From the IMG/VR virus record IMGVR_UViG_3300027985_000918, positions 124,001 through 188,000 of that record: a stretch of DNA of 64,000 nt, one strand, 5' to 3'. Positions 9,716 to 19,127 of this stretch are shown here, piece after piece (position 1 is the stretch's first letter; each line of letters begins with the position of its first letter). The notes beneath the pieces are model-generated. The model searched no databases. It was not told the origin of the DNA and saw nothing but the letters and a program-made list of their open reading frames with translations. The translations under genes and the position numbers were made by a program.

Positions 9716-10588
9716 CTATCGACGGAAGGCGGCGAACACAGCGACCGTGGAAAAGATGAGGAAGTCGTACAGGAAATGAACCACCACGGCAGAAATCAAA
9801 CCGTATGTTACCACCATCCAGAAGAAGAACATCCCCAGGAACCAGGAGTTGATCCTGCCGAACAACCCTTGATACTTGTGGCCGTCCTGGTAGGTGGCAT
9901 TGCTCATTAGGATACCGGCACCAACAGTCCAGGAATACGGGTGGAATAGGTACCCCTCCAGGAATCCTAACGTCATCCAGTTCGCCAGAGGCCCGGCGAT
10001 GGCTTCGTACAGGAACTGGTAGTCCAGGCCGAACACGAGGCACACCCCAGCAAACAGGCCGAGGGCGAGGCCAGCGATTTTGTGGGCCCTCTCTCCAACA
10101 AGTAGCAAGATGACGGCGATGCCTACGAAGAACCACATCAAGCCGATCCAGATGTAGAGGAGTACGAGAGACCCGGCAATTCCCAGAAGCCAACGGCACC
10201 AACGGTAGTACACCTCTTCGGTGACCCCTGCCCGCAGGGACACCAGGAATCCTTCTTGCAAGATCGCCCCGGCAGAAAGGCGACCACCCAACCTTTTGGC
10301 TAGGAGCCGTTCCAGGGATGTCTGCCGCCGGCTGAGGAGCCGGGACACCACGTTGGTCCCGATGCCCCAGGCGAACAGCCCCAGGGCAGCCAGAAGCCAG
10401 TCCACCAACTCGCCACGGGCGACCCAGAACATGGGGTCATACAGGTCGAAGGGGATCACGTCGGGCCACAGGGCCTCAATAATGAATACGAGGCCACAGA
10501 CCACTACGATCCGAAAGATCCAGTCGGCCCATGTACGGTTTTCCTTGTTCAGGCGTTGGAAGAGTCGCTTCACGTGGATTCGATTCAT
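9716..10588 (-). CDS. CPBP (CAAX protease/Abi)-family intramembrane metalloprotease-like protein
   Basis: Multiple hydrophobic helices; AGVTEEVYYR, GHKYQG and VVHFLYD motifs. Confidence 0.65.
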   Translation of the reverse strand: MNRIHVKRLFQRLNKENRTWADWIFRIVVVCGLVFIIEALWPDVIPFDLYDPMFWVARGELVDWLLAALGLFAWGIGTNVVSRLLSRRQTSLERLLAKRLGGRLSAGAILQEGFLVSLRAGVTEEVYYRWCRWLLGIAGSLVLLYIWIGLMWFFVGIAVILLLVGERAHKIAGLALGLFAGVCLVFGLDYQFLYEAIAGPLANWMTLGFLEGYLFHPYSWTVGAGILMSNATYQDGHKYQGLFGRINSWFLGMFFFWMVVTYGLISAVVVHFLYDFLIFSTVAVFAAFRR

Positions 10589-10614
10589 GGTGGGGTTCAC
10601 CTCCTGGTGTGCTG

Positions 10615-10640
10615 CTACCCGAGACTATCCGGGGGTTACC
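10615..10640 (-). promoter_or_regulatory. Phage promoter motif
   Basis: GGTAAC-N14-GGGTAG. Confidence 0.75.
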
Positions 10641-10652
10641 ACCCTCTCGGAC

Positions 10653-11036
10653 TCAGGGGTTCAGATCCCCCGGCAGGAGGGGGATCGGGCCGTCGTAAGG
10701 GCGGACATCCTTGTGGTAAGCGCAGAGGAGAGGAGTGTCCACCTGCAAAGGTCCCCACCCGCAGGGAAGGCAACGGTGGACGCTGCCACTCGGGAGCATG
10801 ATGGCGTCGTTGACGCTGGTAGACCGCTGCTGGGGGCCGTCGGGCAGCTCGACCACCTCAGAGTTGATTGTCCAAGACATTCCGGTGTGGTTGGTCAACT
10901 CAAAAACCCTCCACACCTCGTCCGTCTTGACCTCGATGGTGCCAACGTGCTTGTAGTCGGCAGGGAACTGGAAACCCTCCCAAGCGCTTCGGCCGTGCTC
11001 GTCCTTCGCCTGGCAGTGGTACACCTTCACCTTCAT
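10653..11036 (-). CDS. Hypothetical protein
   Basis: GAGG RBS before MKVKVY; RSTSVNDAI resembles the phage RSxSVGD motif. Confidence 0.6.
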   Translation of the reverse strand: MKVKVYHCQAKDEHGRSAWEGFQFPADYKHVGTIEVKTDEVWRVFELTNHTGMSWTINSEVVELPDGPQQRSTSVNDAIMLPSGSVHRCLPCGWGPLQVDTPLLCAYHKDVRPYDGPIPLLPGDLNP

Positions 11037-11050
11037 GTCGTTCCTCACGA

Positions 11051-11335
11051 TCAACGGGCGGGGGATAGCCCCCACAGAGCCAGCTCTTCGGCCTCGTTCT
11101 CGGTCCACCATCGGTGGAACTCTTCCTTCTGCTGATCTTCGATCTCCCTCTCCAGGTCATCGGGGACCTTGCCGGCACCGTACACCCACTGCTCGGGACT
11201 GGCCGGTACGTGACCCATGGCGGCGCAGATGGCGAACTCAAACCGGGGCGGTTTGCTCCGACCCAGGGCGGTTTGAATCACGTAGTATTCGTGGCGAAGC
11301 CGGCGGTATTCGGTCCGGATCTTGATGTGGCTCAT
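11051..11335 (-). CDS. Hypothetical protein
   Basis: Promoter motif plus conserved GGAGGACACC leader. Confidence 0.65.
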   Translation of the reverse strand: MSHIKIRTEYRRLRHEYYVIQTALGRSKPPRFEFAICAAMGHVPASPEQWVYGAGKVPDDLEREIEDQQKEEFHRWWTENEAEELALWGLSPAR

Positions 11336-11359
11336 GGTGTCCTCCGTCGTCCGCATCGC

Positions 11360-11385
11360 CTACTTGCAGCTCCCTTGCCGTTACC
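11360..11385 (-). promoter_or_regulatory. Phage promoter motif
   Basis: GGTAAC-N14-AAGTAG. Confidence 0.75.
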
Positions 11386-11566
11386 CAGAATCGACATCCT
11401 TTTCAGGGTGACGGTGCCAACCACATCGGAAAAGTTTTTCTGGGGTGGTGGTTGCCAATTTGTCGGCGGCCGAGGTAACGCTGGCCTCGGGGCAAGTAGG
11501 TGAGGCGAACGTATGAATCTGACGCTTGCACGACAGAAGCGGGGTTCCTTTGAACGCCCCTAGCAG

Positions 11567-11592
11567 GGTAACTCGGTATCCCTAGCGAGTAG
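11567..11592 (+). promoter_or_regulatory. Phage promoter motif
   Basis: GGTAAC-N14-GAGTAG. Confidence 0.75.
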
Positions 11593-11619
11593 TTCTGGCC
11601 AAACCTAAAAGAGGTTAGC

Positions 11620-12813
11620 ATGTCACGTTACAACGCCCACATTCCCCTGAACCGGAATGACCTGGAAGTGCTGTCCTGGTATGCCGCTTGGACCCCCGAG
11701 ATCCACCAGGCCGACTGGCCGTCCCGTCGGCAATGGCAGCCGGGGTTCCGCTACATGGAAGATCTCTCCAATCCGGGATGGGCCGGCCACAAGAACTCGA
11801 TCGAGAACTCTGAGGCCCTGGCTTCGGCTGGCCCCGTGCTGAATGGTGAGTCCCCTACGGGCAAACGAGTCATCGCCAGGAGCTACGTACTGCCTAAGCT
11901 CCTGGCCTACGGTCTTGTTGAGGGATGCCTGTCTCGTGCCTGTCGCCTCACCGCTCGGGGTCGTGCCGCCCTGCTTTTTCACGGGTGGCCCTGCCCGGAC
12001 GTGTTCGAGAGCCACTGCCCGGAGATCTTCGACGCCCATTCGTTGAAGCCGATCAAGGGGATCAACGTCCACATCGACATCCAGGATGAAACCATGGGCC
12101 GCATCGGGCCGGAGTACAAGATCGAGCACGGGAGGCCCCTGCCCGACAACAAGACCACCTGGGGCATCATGCTGACCGAATACCAGGAAGATGGGTATCG
12201 GGGAAGAGGGACTCTCACCGGGTCCACCGCAGGGCTTCGGGTGACCACCGGCAACGGTATGTACTTGAACGGTTCTTTGCGAGAGCACCGTCAGGTCCTC
12301 TCCCTGACCGTAAGCGATGCTTACGAGCGGCAGGTGCTGGATGTGGCCCTGAGCTTTGAGCAACTGGCGGACCTCCTGGTCTCCCAGGGTGATGTTCCCG
12401 TCACCCTCAACTACTTCGTCGGCAAGGACGGGATGGCCTACAGCCGCCCCGCCCCGCCCCCGGTGTCGGTGTCCCGTCGGATGCAAGAACGGATCTCCCG
12501 AGGGACCCAGGACCTGTTGAACCGGATCGCCCGGATCCGGACGGCGGTCGACGGCAAGATGGGCAAGAAGCTCCAGTCCGAAGTCACGGGGCTCCTGGAT
12601 CTCGTCGAACGGGATGCGAAGGGGCTCGGGTCTTTCTCTGCTGAGCAGGCCATGGAAGAGATGTCCGCCTTGGCCGAGTCCTTGATGACGGTAGTGGCCG
12701 ACAGGGCTTCCTTCACGGGCGGCGACGCCCCGGGACTGCTTCTGAGGTCCCCCGAGAATCCCAGGCCGGTCACCACCCCCCTTCTGATCGAAGGGGAGGT
12801 TATCGAGGACTGA
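11620..12813 (+). CDS. Hypothetical protein
   Basis: 397 aa, GAGG RBS, promoter motif at 11567-11592. Confidence 0.75.
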   Translation: MSRYNAHIPLNRNDLEVLSWYAAWTPEIHQADWPSRRQWQPGFRYMEDLSNPGWAGHKNSIENSEALASAGPVLNGESPTGKRVIARSYVLPKLLAYGLVEGCLSRACRLTARGRAALLFHGWPCPDVFESHCPEIFDAHSLKPIKGINVHIDIQDETMGRIGPEYKIEHGRPLPDNKTTWGIMLTEYQEDGYRGRGTLTGSTAGLRVTTGNGMYLNGSLREHRQVLSLTVSDAYERQVLDVALSFEQLADLLVSQGDVPVTLNYFVGKDGMAYSRPAPPPVSVSRRMQERISRGTQDLLNRIARIRTAVDGKMGKKLQSEVTGLLDLVERDAKGLGSFSAEQAMEEMSALAESLMTVVADRASFTGGDAPGLLLRSPENPRPVTTPLLIEGEVIED

Positions 12814-12860
12814 GCTGTTCCGAGCTGCAATGGTGGCGACCGAACAAGAGGCCACGTTTG

Positions 12861-13499
12861 ATGATCGGATTCACTCCGCCTATCTATGAGGAAGTCATCC
12901 CGGGGGTTAGGATGGCCGTGTTCACGGTCTCGGATACCCCTGGAAGTCAGTACGTCTACCGGAACAGGGATATCCAGTGGTTCCGGGAGTTGCTGTCCCT
13001 GTACGCTGACAACCCGAGACTGTCTCCCCTTCGGGGAGATGTGCATGTCACCAACTACCACGGGCTAGGGCCTCTCCGGGAGCACATGAGGTCCGTTGAA
13101 TCCCTAGCCCGTTGGTGGATCGGCCAAAAAGACGTGTACCCTTTCAGTTCTACGGGAGAAGGGGCCCTTATCCGAGTGGCCAAGAAGCGGCGCACATGGA
13201 GGATGCCGGGAGATCTGTTCGTGTTCGTGATGATCCTGGGATCGTCGTTGGCGACCGGAAAGTGGGGGTACAAGCCCTGCCCTCTCTACTCGTACTGGTA
13301 TCACGGGTTCCCCAGGAAGAACCGGAGGCGCCGCAAGTGGGAAGTGCGGCAGAGAGAGGAATGGGCCTACAAGGGGTGGGCCGCTCGTTTGGGCCGTGAG
13401 CCTCCTTGGCCCTACGAAACGGATCTCTACCGCAACGTGTACTCTCCCCTCACCGAGGAACACCGACAGTTCCGGCTGTTGTTGGAGAATGAAGTATGA
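12861..13499 (+). CDS. Hypothetical protein
   Basis: Open frame coupled (ATGA) to the next gene. Confidence 0.55.
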   Translation: MIGFTPPIYEEVIPGVRMAVFTVSDTPGSQYVYRNRDIQWFRELLSLYADNPRLSPLRGDVHVTNYHGLGPLREHMRSVESLARWWIGQKDVYPFSSTGEGALIRVAKKRRTWRMPGDLFVFVMILGSSLATGKWGYKPCPLYSYWYHGFPRKNRRRRKWEVRQREEWAYKGWAARLGREPPWPYETDLYRNVYSPLTEEHRQFRLLLENEV

Positions 13500-13966
13500 G
13501 GCTCTGGTCTGTACACCCTGAAAACCTAGACAAAGCAGGACTCGGCGCCGCCTGGCGTGAGGGGCTGCTTGCCCAGAATGTGCTGTCCCGACTGGCTGCG
13601 GGGGAGCAAAGGGTGGGTTACCAAAACCACTCCCAGCTCGAACGGTTCAAGCGTCTTCCAGATCCTTTGCAGGGAATCTGTGACTGGCTCTGGGGGGTTC
13701 AGCGGGAGGCGGCGGGGCGAGGCTACAAGTACAACCCCAGTCTGATCGTGAGGCCCCCACAAGGCATTCGGATGAAGGTCACCCAGGGGCAACTCAGCTA
13801 CGAATTGGGCTGGCTGAGAAGGAAGCTGGAAAAGCGGGACCCTGGCCGAATCCCATCGCTAGTCAGTACCCCTCACCCGATGTTCGATTTGGTCGAAGGG
13901 GTAGTGGCCTCTTGGGAGAAGGTGTCCTCTGAGAGGGACAAGGATCCGGTGAGGGGTGCTGACTAG
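13496..13966 (+). CDS. Pyrimidine dimer DNA glycosylase / endonuclease V family
   Basis: MRLWSVHPENLDKAGLGAAWREGLLAQNVL...GYQNHSQLERF...EAAGRGYKY family signature. Confidence 0.85.
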   Translation: MRLWSVHPENLDKAGLGAAWREGLLAQNVLSRLAAGEQRVGYQNHSQLERFKRLPDPLQGICDWLWGVQREAAGRGYKYNPSLIVRPPQGIRMKVTQGQLSYELGWLRRKLEKRDPGRIPSLVSTPHPMFDLVEGVVASWEKVSSERDKDPVRGAD

Positions 13967-14943
13967 TCGAGGAAATTCTCGGCCTCCCTCCACCGGATCT
14001 CCGTGCAGCCGTCCTCCTTGAGGTGGTGGAGGGGCAGGATGCCATCCACCCGGCTCCCCGGCTTAGCGATCTGGCAGTGGGCGATGATCCCCTTCACGTT
14101 GGTCACCGGGTCCCCCGCCCCCAACCCACCAACCCGAAACGTCCTCCAATCCTCACAAGCCGTCAGCTCGATTCCTCGCAGCTCACAGTACCAGGGCAGG
14201 AACAGCTTCAGAGCTTCCCTCTGCTCCGGAGTCATCGACCAGCACTTCACCGTACCGTACTTCCTCTTCAGCGGGGGGACGCCGTCGTCCTTTCGGCCAA
14301 TTGCCATCTGGAGAGTCAGCTTCTCCTGACCCGGGGCTGGCGTGACGTTCCAGGAGAAGGGCCCGGCGATGTCGAGGCTGTCCGACTGCGAGTTGTGGTG
14401 GACGCAGTGGATGCCGTGGCGAAGACCCGGATCGAAGTGCTGGTAGATGGACCCATCCGTATCCATCGTGAACGTGGTCGAGCACCCTTTGGCATCGAGT
14501 ACCCTCTCCGTAGCATGGGCCAGAGACTTCTCGGACTTCATCTTCCTCTCCGCCCCACGGTGGAGGACCATCTGAATGGGCTGGCCCACTCGATTGCCGG
14601 TGTCATTCTTCTGGGAGGGGGCACCGTCGGGCTCCAGGTAGTTGATGACAGTGACCCCTGGAGGGGGCTGGAAAAAAACTCCGTTGATGATGACGCACCC
14701 CTTCGAGGTTTTGTCGCCATGCTTGACCTCGGCATGGTCATCAACCGGAGAATTGGCATTCTTGCGTGCCCACGCCTTCCACAGCTTGATGGACTTGGGC
14801 CCGAACCAGCCGTCCACCTCAGCACCGATCTTGGTCTGAAGGGGTTTGACCTCATCGGGTTCCCAGGAGCTGAGTCCGAGGTCGGAGAGGGAGAGGTTTG
14901 CCTGGGTGGCATACTTCTTGGAGTAGAGAGCCGACTGGGTCAT
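13963..14943 (-). CDS. Endolysin: peptidoglycan-binding domain plus N-acetylmuramoyl-L-alanine amidase (Amidase_2)
   Basis: LQTKIGAEVDGWFGPKS (PG binding); VLHRGA, DTDGSIYQ, HNSQS, IIAHCQI (Zn amidase). Confidence 0.8.
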   Translation of the reverse strand: MTQSALYSKKYATQANLSLSDLGLSSWEPDEVKPLQTKIGAEVDGWFGPKSIKLWKAWARKNANSPVDDHAEVKHGDKTSKGCVIINGVFFQPPPGVTVINYLEPDGAPSQKNDTGNRVGQPIQMVLHRGAERKMKSEKSLAHATERVLDAKGCSTTFTMDTDGSIYQHFDPGLRHGIHCVHHNSQSDSLDIAGPFSWNVTPAPGQEKLTLQMAIGRKDDGVPPLKRKYGTVKCWSMTPEQREALKLFLPWYCELRGIELTACEDWRTFRVGGLGAGDPVTNVKGIIAHCQIAKPGSRVDGILPLHHLKEDGCTEIRWREAENFLD

Positions 14944-14988
14944 AATGGAGCCTCCGCACATGTGGTTGCGGAGGCACTCTACCGGGTC

Positions 14989-15909
14989 CTACTGCATGGC
15001 GTCCGTGCGGCGGGATTCCAGCCGGGCGAGTTGCCATAGCTGAGCTTGCCAGGCTTTCCGCCATCGGCGGAGCCGTTGATAGTGCCTGGTTTCGTCGAAG
15101 CAACGCTCCGCCAGCATCATGGACTTCCGGTCCAGTTCCTTACGCCCAATCTGGAGAGCCCTGTTGCTGCTGATATGGGCCAGGTCCACCCCGTACTTGG
15201 TTTCGATCTCGGCCTGCCGTTTTTTGGGGAGTTTGCGGAGCTGCCGGCGGTAGCCCTTCGAGATGGATCCCCGAGCCGCACGGGCCTGACCGACCACCCA
15301 CGCCTTCTCGTCGCTGTACCCGCAGATCTGTTTGGCGACCTCCATCTGCTCCGACATGAAGGACAGGTAGGCTCTGACCGACTGGTGAGGGTTCTTCCGG
15401 TCAATTCCGTATCTCCCCTCCCACCAAGGCCACATCTGAACGAACCCGATGGCCTTCGGCTTCCCTTTGCGGGAGAATTTGTGATCTCCCTCTGCCCCAG
15501 ATTGAAGGCCACTTTCGAGGCACCCCGTCGCAAGGATGATCCCCCGCATGGAGTCAGGAAGAGGGAAATCTTCCTCGATCCGCAGAAGCTCCAGCAGGAC
15601 GTGGTAGGGAAGCCGCAGAGAGGGTCTCCCTCGTTCGCACTGGAGGGCCTGATCCAGAATGGCGGCCTCCAGAGGGGTCACCGATAGGACCTCAGGTTCC
15701 CCCAGCTCCATCGTTCTTTGGGAGGGGGGGTTCTCGTTGCTGATCTCAGCAACGCAGAGGCCGAGATCCAAGTCGGCCTCTGCGGTCGAGTATGCCGGAA
15801 TCTCAGGAGTCCCCACCTCCGGGGGTGGTGGCGTGATCTCCGTCGCTGGGTTCTGGCAACCGATCAGCGTCAGCAGAATCAGGGTCGTGAGCATCTTCCG
15901 CATGAACAT
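14989..15909 (-). CDS. Lipoprotein lytic transglycosylase (SLT-like)
   Basis: Signal and lipobox LTLIG-C; LESG catalytic Glu; AIGFVQM; NPHQSV. Confidence 0.75.
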   Translation of the reverse strand: MFMRKMLTTLILLTLIGCQNPATEITPPPPEVGTPEIPAYSTAEADLDLGLCVAEISNENPPSQRTMELGEPEVLSVTPLEAAILDQALQCERGRPSLRLPYHVLLELLRIEEDFPLPDSMRGIILATGCLESGLQSGAEGDHKFSRKGKPKAIGFVQMWPWWEGRYGIDRKNPHQSVRAYLSFMSEQMEVAKQICGYSDEKAWVVGQARAARGSISKGYRRQLRKLPKKRQAEIETKYGVDLAHISSNRALQIGRKELDRKSMMLAERCFDETRHYQRLRRWRKAWQAQLWQLARLESRRTDAMQ

Positions 15910-16429
15910 CTTCCTCCACTGAGTCGAAGACCTGACTGAAACCCTCCCAGAGAACGCCAACGTGCGGCTTCCGCAGCATGTCCACAGGGTCCTCTTCAGG
16001 ATAGGCTTTCAGAACCTTCGCCGCCATCCCGGCCTTGAAGGCCCAGATCAGGTGGCGCTCGGTCAACAGCCAAGCCAGGACTCGTTTTTGCACCCCTTTT
16101 CGGGGTTCTCCGTTGGCCTCATAGTGGGCCAGTGTCTTGTTCAGCAGCTCTTCCGGCTGGTAGAGCCGTCCTGTATACAGCTCTGGGAACAGAGGTGTCC
16201 AGTTCCCTTCCTGGTAGTCCGAGGCCAAGTAGTTGGCTCCGTGGGCCAGCCAGTACACGTATTCGGGCTCGGGGAGGAGCTGGTCGAGGTTCGGCACCTG
16301 AGAGGGCTGGTAGCCTCCCTGGCGCCTCTTCGCCTCCAGCTTGGCCCTGACCTCCCGGCGTCGGTGAGTGTCCCTGAGAGCCCTTTCCTGACGCTTCTTG
16401 GTGGCATTCCTCTGCTTGTTCTTCGCCAT
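15803..16429 (-). CDS. Hypothetical protein
   Basis: Coupled to tmk stop; basic N-terminus; overlaps next gene by about 107 nt. Confidence 0.6.
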   Translation of the reverse strand: MAKNKQRNATKKRQERALRDTHRRREVRAKLEAKRRQGGYQPSQVPNLDQLLPEPEYVYWLAHGANYLASDYQEGNWTPLFPELYTGRLYQPEELLNKTLAHYEANGEPRKGVQKRVLAWLLTERHLIWAFKAGMAAKVLKAYPEEDPVDMLRKPHVGVLWEGFSQVFDSVEEDVHAEDAHDPDSADADRLPEPSDGDHATTPGGGDS

Positions 16430-17109
16430 CAACTCACCTTTCCCTTGACGGCCGCCCAGATGGCATCGTGAGTTTCGTCACGAGACCCCGAGGCGTTGAT
16501 GACCAGCCGGAGGCAGCCGTCGGCCACCAGCCCCCCCAGGGGATCGTGGTCCGGGGCGGTCCCAGCGAGTGTTGGCCAGTTCTCTGCCCGCATGGTGTTG
16601 TCGGGGTCCACCAGTCTAAGATAGCGCTGGCGGTTCCTCTCCAGGATGTCGATCCTCTCGTAGACCTCTTTGTCAGACCCCCTCTTGCCAACCCGATCGA
16701 GACCTTCCTGGGGGTTGATGTCCAGATAGACGACCACGTTGGGTTTTGTCAACATCTGGCGGTGGATGTCGATGAGCCACCCCAGCGGCCAGTTCTCCTG
16801 CTGGTACACCAGTGTGGACAGGAACGACCGAACCGATACCACGGGGCGGCCCAGAGCCAAAGCGGGGGCCACGATAGCTTCCTGGAGAGCCATGCGGTCC
16901 GCCAAAAACAGGGGAGCGTGGCTAGCCTGGTACTCTCCCGATCGCAGCAATTCACGCAGCAGACGACCATGGGGTAGCTCTTCGCAGGGCTCCGCTACCC
17001 GAAGGGGGTCCAACCCGGCTTCGATGAGACGGGAGACCAGCATGTCAGCCTGGGTGTCCTTGCCGGACCCGTCAATCCCTTCCACGACTATCAGGGGGGC
17101 TTTGTTCAC
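16429..17109 (-). CDS. tmk: Thymidylate kinase
   Basis: VVEGIDGSGKDTQ, AEP, LFLADR, RSFLSTLVYQ, PNVVVYLD. Confidence 0.9.
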   Translation of the reverse strand: MNKAPLIVVEGIDGSGKDTQADMLVSRLIEAGLDPLRVAEPCEELPHGRLLRELLRSGEYQASHAPLFLADRMALQEAIVAPALALGRPVVSVRSFLSTLVYQQENWPLGWLIDIHRQMLTKPNVVVYLDINPQEGLDRVGKRGSDKEVYERIDILERNRQRYLRLVDPDNTMRAENWPTLAGTAPDHDPLGGLVADGCLRLVINASGSRDETHDAIWAAVKGKVS

Positions 17110-17181
17110 GCTTTACCTCTTTGAGTGGTCTATCTTGAGGGTTTTCAGCTCAGAACCTGCATGATACCCTCGTGGATCATC

Positions 17182-17808
17182 TCACGGCCGCCCCGCCATG
17201 GTCTTGTCCTTCCACCAGCGGACCGCCTCTCCGAGCTTGGACTCGAACTCAATGGGAGTCAAGCCGGTTGGGGTGCCCCCGGACAGGCCGTAGTGGTTCG
17301 ATAGGAGGGTCCACGGCTGAATGGGCGGGACCTCGGAGGTGGGGGACGAGTTGACCGACACGATCTCCCATGTGGCGATGGTGTCCTCTCCGTCAGCCTC
17401 CAACACCTCCCGGTGGTACAGGACGATCTGGGCGCTCTTCGACGGCCCCTTGCTCCGGTTCTTGGCGACGGTGTACGTTCGGGGGTCTTCTCCCGGCCTC
17501 CGGGCTTCGTACCGGGTCTCCAGCTCGTCCCCGGGATCCAGGACGATGACCCCGCACCGGAATAGGTGGAGCTTGTCCTCAGGGACGGGGACTACGCAGA
17601 TCCCGTTGTGGGGCAAGTGGGGGAACTTGGTCTCGGACCCCTGGTACCCGGGGCCGGCGTTGTCCAGGTTGTCCCCGGCGATAGCACACAGCTCTTCGTC
17701 GGAGCAGGTCCAGTGAGTGAACCGGGACTCAGGAGTCTGCCGTTTGGCGAAACCCACAGCGATGAGAGGAAGGTTGGCGATCATTTGATTACCCCTGTCG
17801 TCACCCAT
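17182..17808 (-). CDS. DUF3228-like protein
   Basis: YEARRPGE, IVLYHREVL, WEIVSV, PWTLLSN...SGGT, RWW pattern. Confidence 0.5.
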   Translation of the reverse strand: MGDDRGNQMIANLPLIAVGFAKRQTPESRFTHWTCSDEELCAIAGDNLDNAGPGYQGSETKFPHLPHNGICVVPVPEDKLHLFRCGVIVLDPGDELETRYEARRPGEDPRTYTVAKNRSKGPSKSAQIVLYHREVLEADGEDTIATWEIVSVNSSPTSEVPPIQPWTLLSNHYGLSGGTPTGLTPIEFESKLGEAVRWWKDKTMAGRP

Positions 17809-17892
17809 TTAGACCCCAGGGCTCGGCGCCGTGGGTCCGCTGGAGTCGGATCTCGAAGTCGTATCGATCAGGGTCAGATTCCTCGGTTTTTT

Positions 17893-18537
17893 TCAACCCA
17901 GGAGGGCTCCGATGTCGATACCCTCTTCCTTCTCTTGAACGACCTCACCTCGGGAGATGGCGAGCGCCATATCGAAGCGGACCTTGAAGTCGTCGTAGAT
18001 GCGGCGGGCTCGGATCTTGTCCTTCCGATCTCCCTTCAGCAGGCGCAGGAGGTAGCCAGGGTGGTAGGCCACCACCACCGGGATGCCCTCACCCGTCATG
18101 TGAGTCTGGAGGTTAGGGACCTCCTGGAGGCCCTGGACAGGGCCGTAGTGCCCGGTGCAAGACTGGGCTGCCGGACGGCCCAGGGTGACTACCACCTTGG
18201 GCTGGATGGCCTGGAGCTGGGCAGCGAGGTGCTGCCGACAGGCAGTGACCTCCTTGGTCTCGGGATCCCGGTTGTCGGGGGTCCGGCACTTGACTACGTT
18301 GGTGAGAAACACCTCACTCCGCTTGATCCCCGCATCCTTCAGGAGTCGGGTCAGAAGCTGCCCTGCGGGACCCACGAAAGGCTGGCCACTGAGGTCTTCC
18401 TCATTGCCGGGGCCCTCCCCAATGAGGACAATGCTGGCAGTTGAGGGGCCGTTCCCGGGAACGGGAAGGTGTCGCCTCTTGCATAGTTCGCAGGCTTCGC
18501 AGTCGGCAACGGTCTTGGCGATGGTTTCCAGGCTCAT
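17893..18537 (-). CDS. Uracil-DNA glycosylase family 4 (4Fe-4S)
   Basis: CEACELC, GEGPGNEED...PFVGPAG, TNVVKCR, YHPGY. Confidence 0.92.
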   Translation of the reverse strand: MSLETIAKTVADCEACELCKRRHLPVPGNGPSTASIVLIGEGPGNEEDLSGQPFVGPAGQLLTRLLKDAGIKRSEVFLTNVVKCRTPDNRDPETKEVTACRQHLAAQLQAIQPKVVVTLGRPAAQSCTGHYGPVQGLQEVPNLQTHMTGEGIPVVVAYHPGYLLRLLKGDRKDKIRARRIYDDFKVRFDMALAISRGEVVQEKEEGIDIGALLG

Positions 18538-19094
18538 GGGTCCTCGCAGAAGAAGTCATCGGGGTTGAGGCCCAGCGTCTGGGCCAAGAGGAGCAGCGCC
18601 CGCACGGTTACGAGTTGCTGCATCTCCTGTCGGGAGAGGGATGTGAGGCTATGCCCGCACACATCTGCTGTTGCGGTCTCCTGGTGGATAAAAAAAGCAG
18701 AGTTGATCCGGGTGTTCCATAGGCGAACCACGCAAATGTGGGCGTGAGGGCTCGTGACGCCCTGATCGGGATCGGGTTCGGCGTACCCCGTGGTGGCGAC
18801 GGCGATGTCCGCCTTGAACAGGCGGAGGCACCCTTCGGCCATCTCCAGAGCCACTCTTGGTGCCACGCAGTTGAAGGCAGCGGCGTGCTCCCGGTCCACC
18901 CCCAGAAGAGCCACCTTCTGATCGATATTGTAGGCGCACACCCCACCCACGAACGAATGGGAGGCCCCTGAGACAGAGCCCAGAGCCGCCTGGATGTTCC
19001 CTGCGGTCAGGGATTCTGCCGTGGCGATCGTGAACCCCTTGCTCCTTGCTTCGTTTTCGATGGCCTTCACCAGGCTCTGGATGTCTACGTCCAT
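18534..19094 (-). CDS. pncC: CinA C-terminal / PncC nicotinamide mononucleotide deamidase
   Basis: TAESLTAG, SGAS..FVGGVCAYNIDQK..LLGV, ALEMAEG, ATTGYA. Confidence 0.85.
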   Translation of the reverse strand: MDVDIQSLVKAIENEARSKGFTIATAESLTAGNIQAALGSVSGASHSFVGGVCAYNIDQKVALLGVDREHAAAFNCVAPRVALEMAEGCLRLFKADIAVATTGYAEPDPDQGVTSPHAHICVVRLWNTRINSAFFIHQETATADVCGHSLTSLSRQEMQQLVTVRALLLLAQTLGLNPDDFFCEDP

Positions 19095-19101
19095 GGGGTC
19101 T

Positions 19102-19127
19102 CTACCCTCCCGCTCAGAATCGTTACC
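19102..19127 (-). promoter_or_regulatory. Phage promoter motif upstream of pncC
   Basis: GGTAAC-N14-GGGTAG. Confidence 0.75.
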
